45,631 bases of DNA from Octopus bimaculoides. Lineage: Eukaryota. Made by a program: the position numbers and the translations under genes. Shown in pieces: positions 13,691-25,120 of the stretch (positions are counted from its first letter, which is position 1; the number at the start of each line of letters is the position of its first letter). The notes beneath the pieces are model-generated. The model did no database searches. It was not told the origin of the DNA and saw nothing but the letters and a program-made list of their open reading frames with translations. The DNA lies in the NCBI RefSeq assembly GCF_001194135.2, contig NC_068993.1, forward strand, positions 23,262,798 to 23,308,428, given 5' to 3'.

Positions 13691-15149
13691 TACCGTTAAA
13701 ATATAATCTCTATTATCTGGATATCATAAATAGCATAAATTATAGTAGTCCGAATTGTAGTTTTAGTACCACAGTGTGTCTCGGTCACCCGGGCCTATCA
13801 CATAGCTTTCTTTACCTCCTGCTTTAGAGCAGGTTCCCTGGTTTCCTGTCGGAGATATCCTAAAAGAGAAATATCCATTTAAATTGATCAAAGTGCACAT
13901 AAGTTACATGATATTTCTGACTATCTGAAATATTCCGTTTCGAAAGCCTTGCCTGACTGCTGACATCACGTAAACATATGTTAAAGTAGCTTCGCTATTA
14001 CCATTAACATTAAACACATTTTAATACTTTCCCTGAAATCTGTCTGCCTTCTGTCTGAGTGAAAGGCAGTGAATGATGTTCACGATCGTTCCTACAGCAA
14101 TATAACCTACTCCGGCTGTAGGATATGGTCGTCACTATGGGGATGAGATTCTGAAATAGTAATCTTTAGTATGCTACTGACAGCTCAATATCAAGTTCTA
14201 AACACCGGTATATCTAATAATCCCAAACTGATAACGTCAAGAAATAATGACCGAGATGATTTTGGAGTAAGACTGAAAGAAGGATAGCAGGCTCCCTGAT
14301 ATTAACGGAATGGTAGTTGTTCCTAGTCAATGGTAGTTTGCCGTCGTATACATAGCGTCTGGTCTGGAAAACTTACTCCTGGGTTTAGTGTTCTTTCCTT
14401 CTCCCTTGACTTTTTCTTTCTAACCCGCAGTGCTCCATAAACATTTGCATTTTTTTGTAGGACGTGATCAACTTCCGATCATTATAATAGTCAAAACTTC
14501 ATAAGATGCTTTTGGCAACTGGTTACTTTTGCCTCAGCAGATTGCCGCTCGCACCCAAGTTTTATTGCCTCTTCCTCGCTCAATACGATGTGTTGCAATC
14601 ATCTGTCTGACTAAATTCATGAGGAATGTTTCTATGTTCATTGCCACACCACATATGATACTTCGGCCATTTGATCTGAGCACCTTTAGTTTAGCCTCTG
14701 AGATCGTGCGCTGAAGCAAAAGCGATGGTTGCGTGTAGAATATAAGTTAGCCAGGAGGACACAAAAAAAAAGCAAAAGTATGTTTAGTAACGTGGATTGT
14801 AGAGTAGTCATAAAAGTAAATGAAAAATCATGCAGAATATAAAATGAAATATTTTGAAACGAAACATTTTATATTAAAGTATATTAAATGGCTATACCCT
14901 AAGCCTTCTCTCAAAAGGTCAACATAAGTTTCACAAAGTTGCCTAATTATTTAGCACTTAATAAAGTATCCAGTTCACTGAAAATAAAAGCAAGTTTATA
15001 ACATTCTAAGTTTGTTTCAAAGACAGTATTTAAACTGAACATTTTCTTATATTCAAGACAATATTCTAAATTTACCTTCAATTTGAATTTAGAATTCATA
15101 TGCTTTTCATGAAAATGCGCAAATTATAGAACTAGTAATAATAATGAAT

Positions 15150-15353
15150 GTCTTAAATTTTGGTACAAGAGCAGAAACTCGGGATGTAGATAGGAACAAC
15201 CTCAATGCATCACATGTACTCTCTGTTATCGACGTCGAAATGTTAAACGGCAAAGGCGACCACGGGGAGCTTTGAACTCAAAATACAAACAGCTGGAACG
15301 ACTACCGCAATATATTTTGTTCTGTGCTATAATAAGTTTAGCGATCTACCGGC
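15150..15353 (-). mobile_element. SINE family A, old degenerate copy
   Basis: Plus strand contains AAATTTTGGTACAAG (3' tail), GGCAAAGGCGACCACGGGGAGCTTTGAACTCAAAA (body and B box in reverse) and ACTACCGCAATATATTTTG. Confidence 0.7.
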
Positions 15354-16878
15354 ATGTACAATGTAAGTAGAGAATTTTAATTTTCGGTATTAGTATCGAT
15401 GACCTTAGAACAAAACAGAAGATAGTGACATTGGCTCCTATTTTAAAACTATACAATTTAATTTGCTGTAATCTTTCAACACATATCTAATAACTGGAAA
15501 CATTAAAATAAATCATATAAAAGAAATCTATAATTTCCTACAAAAGGTATTATCGTTTTACATATAAAGAATAATTCTGGAATAGATTAAAGTCTTAGCT
15601 CTACAATATATCCATCTTCTATCATGTACAAGATAGTGATGGTGATTTCTTTCTTCCTTTCTTTCTTGTTATCTTGAACGCATAAAATTCAAAATAGATG
15701 AAAGTTTGTTAATTACCGATCGAGTTTCCTTCTTCATTTAGACTATTCACTTTATGCAAATAGAAACGCTCATTAAAGTTTCCTAACTTCACCTAGTTTA
15801 GATCGTTCATTACACCTCTCATACTCACCCACCTTCTTAATATCAATACCCTTTACATCATATCGACACATTCTTTCATCGTATGGGTATAGTGTGTATA
15901 TGTGTATGCTTATAGTTTTATGCGTATATGACGTGTGTGTTTCTGTATCGGCGCACAAACATGTGTATATACATATGTATGTACATACATATTAATATAT
16001 GTGAGTATTTATGTATATATACGTGTGTGTATCTGTGTGTGAATGTGTGTGCAAGAGAGAGAGGTAGAGAGGGAGAGAGAGTAAAAAGAAAAAAAGAAAC
16101 ATGGAGAGAGATTATGAATTTGCGTGTAATTTAGCTGTATCTGTGCTTGTATGTACGTGTGGATCTGTGTATTTATGTAATTGTCAGGATATTGTGGTGT
16201 GTATGTAGATGACTTTTAATTGCATATGTAAGTTGTGAGATTTTGAATCTGTGTGTCTCTCTATGTATTAAGATTTGCTCTTCTATTAATATACAACCTA
16301 CCGGAAATATACCTCTATGCTTGCTATGTATTTGTATACTTTTCAACCAACTGCAAATCTTTTTTCTGATATCTGTTTACATGTTTATTTAATAGTGTAT
16401 AAACACGCGTGCACACATACATACAGATACAGTCGCACAGATACACGCCCATACATATGTATATGTGTGTGCTTCTACTTGCAAAATTACGAATTTATGT
16501 ATTCTGCATTCCTATCGTGTCACTATGTATAAGTCGTGTATGTGTACGTTTCTAATTTCTAAATAAATAATGATGACCGAAAACGAAGAGAATGTAACTA
16601 AATATAAAATTGTCAGTTAATTTACCATAAATATAAAATATCTCTTAGAAAAATTATAATGATGATAATATGAAAATTCGAATAATAGGAAAAATTATGA
16701 ATAAAACAAGTTCCATAAATAGATATATTAAATGATGTTTTGTAACAGTCTTTTAAATACGAATATAATATCAACCGATTGGATTTCAATCAAATTTGCC
16801 TCTGATATTAAGTGTAATCACATTCTTCATTATACTCAAAAATGCAGAGGGACACATACGCATATCATTATTGCATAT

Positions 16879-16943
16879 TGTGTGTGTGTGTGTGTGTGTT
16901 TGTGTGTGTGCGTGCGTGTGTGTTTGTGTGTGCGTGTGTGTAT
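16879..16943. repeat. (TG)n microsatellite
   Basis: Seen directly. Confidence 0.95.
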
Positions 16944-17820
16944 GTAGAAGCTCATGGTCGTACTTTAGAACTGTAGGCGCAGGCACAGCTCTTTGTTTAG
17001 AAGTTTGCTGTGCACCTTAATCAACTGACTTCTGCTGTAGCCCTGCCTCGACCGAATCTTGTGAAACCGTTGATCCAGACACGTTTATTCTCTCTCTTCA
17101 TTTTCCTTCCCCTCCTCATTGGTTTCTTTCCTCATTCCTTTCCGTTGAAGAGCCTGAGCGTCAAACTAATACACCTGCGTGTTATTTCCTGACCTGCATC
17201 TGTTTTTTTTTTATCACTCTTTGCGAGTTCTCGCGCGTGCGTTTGTGTTATTGTCGCTCATCACCGTTTCACAACAGATGTTAGTGTAATTAGGTCCCCG
17301 TAACTGGACAGTCTTACAAAAGAGACCGATGGAATAAGAACCAGGCTTAAACCAGAAAATCTCTGCTCACAGTTCAATGGCTGAAACAATGCAAAGAGAA
17401 AAGAACGTACATGACACCCACACAAAAACATATTCGCAAACAGCTCGAACACACAAAAACATATTCATATCAATTTAGAGAGAAAAATATCTCATTTGAA
17501 TTTGACAGCGCCGGGAAAAACCTGTGTATTAGTTTCAGTTATTTCATTAAATTTCATTTATAAATTTTTATTTGGATATGTATGGCATGTGAGAACAGTT
17601 CCAATACTTAATGAGATACCGGCGAAAGCTTACTTTTGAATCGAATGTCAATTAATCCCGATTATTGAAAAATGAAATTGTGTTGTATTGGGAGGGTCAT
17701 TACACCAATAATAATAACACACGCACTCATACAGTATCTCTTCTTTTTCTTAGCCAGTTGGTTAAATATCCAGCCAACTAACTAATTGATTAGTTCAGTT
17801 CTGTATTTAAGAGAGGAGGA

Positions 17821-17971
17821 GTTATGTACGTTATTTACATTATATATATTTGACGGATATTTGTCCTCATTTTGTTTGTTGTTAACACAACGTTTCGGCT
17901 GATATCTTGGGGTTAGTAGCCCGCGCTCTTAACCATACGTCATATGCCCGTGGGTATATGGCGTAGTGGTT
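17821..17971 (-). mobile_element. Internally deleted tRNA-headed SINE with a Penelope-like half-hammerhead tail and an inverted duplicate of its head
   Basis: Minus strand reads GGGCATATGACGTATGGTTAAGAGCGCGGGCTACTAACCCCAAGA (tRNA-like 5' half), fused to TATCAGCC-GAAACG-TTGTGTTAACAAC...ATATC-CGTC. Plus strand 17952-17971 (GGGTATATGGCGTAGTGGTT) is an inverted copy of the head. Confidence 0.7.
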
Positions 17972-18126
17972 TATCAATCCATAAATATAAATAATACCTC
18001 GAACGAGTTCGGCGACAATTGTGATGAATGTGTGATAATTTATAAACATGCGTATATATACACAGGCAGAAACAAACACATTGCGCACACACAGACATTC
18101 GCTGATTATAACTTATTTACATATGC

Positions 18127-18164
<38 letters not shown>

Positions 18165-18364
18165 TAAGACTTGGCTCTTATTTCTAGCAGGTAGATGCTC
18201 ATTAAGCATCATTACGCTTCGTGCAAATTTCATAGTTCCTTAAAGCTATCATAACTGCGTTCCACCCATGCTACTACTGGTGATATCATCAAATTTTGAA
18301 TTTATCCACAGATGATATGAACAGTAGTGACATCTAACTTCAAATCTCAGTGTTTGAATATTTC

Positions 18365-18397
<33 letters not shown>

Positions 18398-18398
<1 letters not shown>

Positions 18399-18427
18399 GA
18401 GTTATTAATATTTCTAAGTCTCTCTAA

Positions 18428-18464
<37 letters not shown>

Positions 18465-18687
18465 ATTGATTGATAGATAGATGCATGTCTATGCCTGTTT
18501 ATATTTCGTGTATGATCACATTCTATGTTCTGTTTATAAAGTGGCTGTATTATGGACGTATTGTTGTCGATGTACGCGCGTAACGGAAACATTTTTTCTG
18601 AGCAAAGCAATTTAATACAAGCATTGATGTTGACGGTCACTTGAAATTATTTATCGTGCGTTGATGCGTGTAAATATATTCTGCCTA
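18398..18687 (+). repeat. Copy 1 of a 290-bp identical direct duplicate
   Basis: Identical by eye to 19661-19950, including the length of the (GA)n tract. It ends exactly at the N gap. Confidence 0.95.
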
Positions 18688-19363
18688 NNNNNNNNNNNNN
18701 NNNNNNNNNNNNNNNNNNNNNNNNNNNNNNNNNNNNNNNNNNNNNNNNNNNNNNNNNNNNNNNNNNNNNNNNNNNNNNNNNNNNNNNNNNNNNNNNNNNN
18801 NNNNNNNNNNNNNNNNNNNNNNNNNNNNNNNNNNNNNNNNNNNNNNNNNNNNNNNNNNNNNNNNNNNNNNNNNNNNNNNNNNNNNNNNNNNNNNNNNNNN
18901 NNNNNNNNNNNNNNNNNNNNNNNNNNNNNNNNNNNNNNNNNNNNNNNNNNNNNNNNNNNNNNNNNNNNNNNNNNNNNNNNNNNNNNNNNNNNNNNNNNNN
19001 NNNNNNNNNNNNNNNNNNNNNNNNNNNNNNNNNNNNNNNNNNNNNNNNNNNNNNNNNNNNNNNNNNNNNNNNNNNNNNNNNNNNNNNNNNNNNNNNNNNN
19101 NNNNNNNNNNNNNNNNNNNNNNNNNNNNNNNNNNNNNNNNNNNNNNNNNNNNNNNNNNNNNNNNNNNNNNNNNNNNNNNNNNNNNNNNNNNNNNNNNNNN
19201 NNNNNNNNNNNNNNNNNNNNNNNNNNNNNNNNNNNNNNNNNNNNNNNNNNNNNNNNNNNNNNNNNNNNNNNNNNNNNNNNNNNNNNNNNNNNNNNNNNNN
19301 NNNNNNNNNNNNNNNNNNNNNNNNNNNNNNNNNNNNNNNNNNNNNNNNNNNNNNNNNNNNNNN
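18688..19363. other. Assembly gap (N)
   Basis: Run of N. Confidence 0.99.
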
Positions 19364-19660
19364 GCCAAGCCAACATGGCAGTCCCAAAATTAGGACGAAA
19401 GCTGCCGTGAATTAGCTCCAAGAAGCCATCGCCTCTAGCTAGCTATGTGACACACGAAACCTGTGTCCTTTATAACCTTCGAACAGGGGAGGTCAGCAGT
19501 GTCCCCCTGCTGGTTTGGCATCTGCAGACTAGACTAGTTTCAGGGTGTTGCCCCTTGTCAATGCAGAGTAGCCAAGCCTTAGCCAGGCGGCGCTGCTGAC
19601 TATCTGCTCGAAGGTTATTTATCTAATTTCAGTGGAATCTATCCACTGGTTTTCAGAAAT
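19364..19660 (+). other. GC-rich, highly self-complementary element of unknown class, probably the end of a mobile element or a structured RNA
   Basis: Four consecutive stem-loops at 19374-19409, 19449-19467, 19472-19618 (a rod) and 19630-19648. The 5' end is lost in the gap. Confidence 0.6.
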
Positions 19661-19690
19661 AGAGTTATTAATATTTCTAAGTCTCTCTAA

Positions 19691-19727
<37 letters not shown>

Positions 19728-19950
19728 ATTGATTGATAGATAGATGCATGTCTATGCCTGTTTATATTTCGTGTATGATCACATTCTATGTTCTGTTTAT
19801 AAAGTGGCTGTATTATGGACGTATTGTTGTCGATGTACGCGCGTAACGGAAACATTTTTTCTGAGCAAAGCAATTTAATACAAGCATTGATGTTGACGGT
19901 CACTTGAAATTATTTATCGTGCGTTGATGCGTGTAAATATATTCTGCCTA
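19661..19950 (+). repeat. Copy 2 of the 290-bp direct duplicate
   Basis: Identical to 18398-18687. Confidence 0.95.
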
Positions 19951-20407
19951 TGATATAATTCCATTTTGTTCATTAATGCTGATGAAATGAGAAAACAGCT
20001 GCAGTTTGATTAGTAACTATTAATCACATTTATGAGGAATGGTTTATGCTCAATGACACTAGAGATTCAGAGAGGTATCATCTTCATTACACAGTCCATC
20101 ACTAATTGAGTTGCTCGGGAGAAGGGAAACATTTGTGCTTCATTTAAGATAAAAGAGATATTTTCTTCGAAAAGGTGGAAAGTCTAACCGTCTTTTCGAT
20201 AGAATATTTCTCCTCTTTAGACTCATACTTGTGACTAAAACATCTGCTTCTCTGATCGAAATGCAAGATAAAATTAGAAACTGTTGTCTGACTGTAACTG
20301 ATCAAATATAACCAGTTGAATGCGTTCATTTTGAGAGAAGTAACAATAGTGAATTTATAGAAGTTGCTTAACATCACATCAAATATTAGTTGACTGAATT
20401 CTAAATG

Positions 20408-20442
<35 letters not shown>

Positions 20443-20452
20443 NNNNNNNNNN
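20443..20452. other. Assembly gap (N) after a (CA)n tract
   Basis: Ten N. Confidence 0.99.
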
Positions 20453-21046
20453 ATATATGTACATATACATGTATACAACTTGCGGTTGTGCACACAATCA
20501 CAAGCACACATTAAATTTAATGGAAAGCTTCTAAATAGTTTTACAATGTTCCAACAGATAATTTTATAATTTTCATTTAGATATATTTAATTTGTTGCAA
20601 AAAATTGTAACTGGGTGTAAGTGTAGGATATACATAGTTATGCAGACACAGGTATATAAACCCATACACAAAGAAGTATATGTGTGTTTGTAGTGGGTGT
20701 ATGTATATAAGGATTCCTTGAAGTTGAGTGTATTTTCGACGTCATTTACCTCCTGACATATTTATTTATAAAGCCACTAGGGGCTCTTCTTCGATGTCAT
20801 CGTCGTGCACATTGGACGAGAAGGTTAATTTTTTTGCTACGCTTATATTCAAGCAGAATGTTCGAACGAATGAATCAGAGGTTTAGAGCGATTTGGGATA
20901 GTTTTCTCAAATACTTGCAGGTCGTATTGCATATCTAAATCTTCAGGTTTTAAGTTGTCAGAGCGTGGGTAGCACTCTAACAGACGTTGAAGTTTTGAAT
21001 CAAGCTTGACTTTTTGTAGAAGAAATACCAGGAATTCTAAAGACCA

Positions 21047-21079
<33 letters not shown>

Positions 21080-21085
<6 letters not shown>

Positions 21086-21311
21086 GTTGTCCGGAAAGTG
21101 CGTGCCGATTTTTAAAGGAAAGAAAAGAGTCAATAAATACTTGCCATTACATTTTTAATCAACCAAATATGAACCATTTTGTTGCACAATGCGTGTCCAT
21201 CTTTCCTTTAACTTGAAAATGCCCTCTTCCCAGAATTGAATTGGTTTCCCGACAAATAAGTCGAAAGGTAAGCTACTATAAATGGGCACGAACTTTCCGG
21301 ACAACCCAATA
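21080..21311 (-). mobile_element. Mariner-derived MITE (232 bp) embedded in (TA)n
   Basis: 27-bp TIRs TATTGGGTTGTCCGGAAAGTGCGTGCC / GGCACGAACTTTCCGGACAACCCAATA with one mismatch. Minus strand 21238-21155 encodes a mariner C-terminus, QFWEEGIFKLKERWTRIVQQNGSYLVD*. Confidence 0.93.
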
Positions 21312-23893
21312 TATATATATATACATAGTGTGTGTTATTATACATTGCTTATCGTTATTATTTTTCTTGTTGCTGATGCTATTTTATTTTTTAACTACGT
21401 ATTTGAAATATTTCTACTGAATAATTTATTCGAATTTGCGTAAGTTATAAGTCTTAATTTTATGCCATTAATTATATATAATCAAAAATGGGTTCTAAAT
21501 AATATTTCGGATCTGGTTAGTGCTATACTTTTAACAAAGCCAAATTTTACTGCACTTAGTATTTAAAATTTCATAATTGCGTAGTGTAGCGTTTCATAAA
21601 TTAATCGATCATTCGCGGATGCAATGATGGATTTACTAATATTTCACTTAGAGGTTCCGAAATATTGCAAACACAAATATTTGGTCCCTTCCCCATCTTT
21701 TAATAATTTTTTGCGGCAATATCTAACGCTTTACTCTGGATGTCCTTATATGACCCCTACTGCGTACAATAGTTCTATGAAATGTGATAATACCTATACG
21801 GTTTATATTCTAATTGTTTCAATATATTTCATTCCCAAACATAGACAGAAAACACTCAAACACTGTTTAGTGAACGAGGTATCAAAACTATCTATTGTAG
21901 AATTTAAAACACTAAAAACGATATATAATTTAAAACAGATCCCAAATTTAATATAGATAAGATAATATCGTTCAAACTTCTATTGCATTTCATCAATCAT
22001 CAACTATATTTTAAAATTTCTTCAATTTCTAATAAGAAATGTTTTTTCATTATCTTCATTTAATCCTTGTAATTGTATGAGGTATTATTTTGTGTATCTC
22101 CACTTAATTAATCAACAACAATCCTAAGTAGAAGATTGTAAAAACAAATAAAACTAATAAATCGATTTTGATAAATACAGTGAGAACCTATGTATTGGAG
22201 GAGCTGTTCAAAGAGCTCCTAATTAACAGAATCATTCTAACAATTTGGAGAAAGGAAAGTAAAGCCTACGAGTAATTGTTAGAGACTCGCAAATGAAAGT
22301 GGATTTATTTTTACAAAATGAAGAGGTAATTACCGAAAATCTATTTAATATCTAATTCAATAAAAATCTGATTTTTTTCAATGTAAAGAATAATTATGGA
22401 CCGTATCACTACTGTATACTGTTATACCGATCATTATAGACTACACGAGCCGAATTTAATCAAATTATAATATTTTATACAGAAGGTACTAATGTAATTT
22501 TTATCCAGAGATTTGTAAAATTAAAACCGTAAACTAAGTATAAATCATTCTTGTGGCACTATTACATAAAACAAGTAAGTTACATGTCTTGCACAATCGT
22601 CTTTTCCCAGAAATTCTCATTTTATTCAAGTATCGTTCGCAGTCAGAAGAAGAGAGACAAAACCTTGCTATGGATGTTAGACGCTTAATTCCAAGAGATT
22701 AAGAAATATTCTGTAAAAATAAATTTGAATATTTAGACGGACAGCGAATAATTCATCGCGTGCAAAGGAACATTTATTGTAAAATATACTGAAGCCTTAT
22801 TTGCCTAAAATTTTCAAACTAATTGAGAAAGTAGTTATGAATATATTTTACCAAGTATAATTTGCATAATTATGACTGCAACAAGCTAAGAGAAAACTTG
22901 ACACCAACTGATTGTTGCATCAATACGTGATGTACCGATGCGACAGATTATTACTTACAGAAAAAACAAACAAACCATAATTGTAATTATTAACTCTCAA
23001 ACAGCAGAACGATATTGCCAGAATTTAAGAAATAACCTCTAAAAATAATACTATATATTATGAGAAAATGTTATAGTTGTTCCTCAGAAACAGACCATTA
23101 CAGGCTTCTTCTGGCATTATTCGAATACAAATTAATTGAGCGCAAATCCAAGCCGGCAAGTTTTAAAGAAAAAGGAAATCCTTATAATACTTAGTAAGAA
23201 TAATTTGCATAATTTACAAAAGATTAATGAAACGGGAGAAATAACTAGCCTTAGCATGACATAGGTAAAATATAATTCACCGATTTATTTCCAAAAATAG
23301 ATTTCATTGACTAAGTAATTGAAGACGGTGCAGAATCTTAGCCGCATCGCAGTGGAAGGGCTAAATGAAAAAAATGAATTCAAATTTAACAACTACATGC
23401 TGAGACATTCAAATAAGTTGTCGTTGTAACACATAGAAATGAAGTATCAAATCTACACAAACAAATCCTGGAAACCTTTCAAATTTCGGTTAATTTTAAA
23501 CATCGGATGCCTCCATTTTTAACACACCCACTTTTCACTATCCAACTTTCGTATGTTCAAGATAAGAAATGGAAAACATGTAAGATCTTTATTTTTTTAA
23601 TATATACAAATTAATTATCACTTTACGAAACCGTTTTGAAAATGAATAAATTTCATCAAAGAAACTGAAGACTGTGTATCACTTTAAAATATGAAAGAAA
23701 TGTAATGAAATGTTCTAAAATTAAAAAAGAAAACGGAAGGAAGTGAGCAATGGAGTTGCAATTCTCACATCTGCTACATCATATTAACTCGGAGAGACAG
23801 GAGTGAATCATAAACAGACACATCACTGTTTATTTCCTCATTTAAGACAGTCCGAGTTATTTCATCTTGTGGCGTCCGTGACTTGATAAGCAT

Positions 23894-24111
23894 TCGAAGG
23901 GGTGCTGAAAAGTTCCTGTCTTTGGGTAAAAGAAAATATAGAAGGATGCCTTTATTATGAGTTTACTCAACATATTCCCCTTTCCGATTCGCATACGTAT
24001 TGTAGCGGTCCTTCAGTTTTTCTAAGCCCTGTAAAAAGAACTTCGAAGTTCGATCCACCAACCAGGCCTTTCGCGACACCCTTGAAGCCAGGAACCTTTC
24101 AAAACTCCCTA
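23894..24111 (-). mobile_element. Mariner-derived MITE (about 218 bp), second family
   Basis: Degenerate TIRs GAAGGGGTGCTGAAAAGTTCCTGTCTT / AAGCCAGGAACCTTTCAAAACTCCCTA. Minus strand 24046-23963 encodes SKFFLQGLEKLKDRYNTYANRKGEYVE*, a typical mariner transposase end. Confidence 0.85.
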
Positions 24112-25120
24112 CTTACACTGCAGTTCATAAAACTGGTAATTAATTTAAAAAATTAATTGAAAAATCTGTGAGCCAAACTGAACAGATCTGCATACAGCTG
24201 TTATAATTAATAGCTATGTTGTGATTGAGGCCCAACTTCTCCGCAGATTATTAATCCAGCAATGGAGGAACAATGAACTGTAACTCTAAAAAATCTGAAC
24301 GAACCAAGCTAAATACAAGTGCGGCCGTTATGTGAACCATCTTGTTTCTCAATAACAAAGGTCAGTTATAGGCTAGCTTTAGCAAAACATCGAAAATATA
24401 CAGACTTTTGGTATTCATATTATTTTGCTTTAAATATGGAAGGCATTTTAATAATTAGCAATCAATTCTATACTAGTCTAGAAAATTGGAACAAAAAGTG
24501 ACACTACAAACGAAGATAAAATCCAAAAACCTTATGAATGTAGAATTTGTTTGTAGATTGCTTATAGAATTGTACGATATATATTATTTTTGTGTGAAGT
24601 GGCTTGCGAATAATTAATTTTAAAATAATTATTTTGTTTATTGACATTTTTAGTTATATGAATTTGCTGCTGAATCTTATTTGAATATAGGCATCTTAAA
24701 TTGGAGAATGGATTTCGTTAATGATAATTGCTTCACGCTCTATGTAGTAAGAATGAAAATATATTGAATATAACTGGCATTTCAACAGAATGTGTAACAC
24801 TTGAGGATAAGTTAAACTGAAATATTTATCTTTAAAAGTCAAGTAAATAGTAAATAATATAAACACAATTTTCCAATTAAATATTTCAATTTTTGTAAAA
24901 TGAGATAATGTCAGAACGTAGACGATAGAACAATATTAAAGCAGAAACCAAACACTTAATTAGAATTATTTTCTTCTCACTCGTACTATAAATTGTTTTC
25001 ATTCTGAATATTTGCATTTAACTCAATATCATTTTTGCATGAATTTCCCAGGGACAACATATTTCCGAGAGTAAATGTTACGTCTTTGTGTGTCACCAAT
25101 AGCAGATATAGATCACCCTA

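Noticed and set aside
14440-14720. Possible Tc1-like motif KWPKYHMWCG on the minus strand
   Set aside because: It is a single weak motif with no supporting catalytic motifs or TIRs.
19374-19409. Intact hammerhead ribozyme at GTCC-CAAAATTA-GGAC-GAAA
   Set aside because: CUGANGA is absent (CATGGCA instead) and no stem III/UH follows. Twister and HDV-like descriptors also did not fit by eye on either strand.
19978-20010. CTGATGA...GAAAAC...GTTT hammerhead-like string
   Set aside because: The AATGA spacer cannot form stem II, and stem I does not pair.
20773-20786. CTCF-like word GCCACTAGGGGCTC (also CCAGCAGGGGGACA on the minus strand near 19500-19513)
   Set aside because: Both are imperfect matches of about 11-12 bp, expected by chance without ChIP data.
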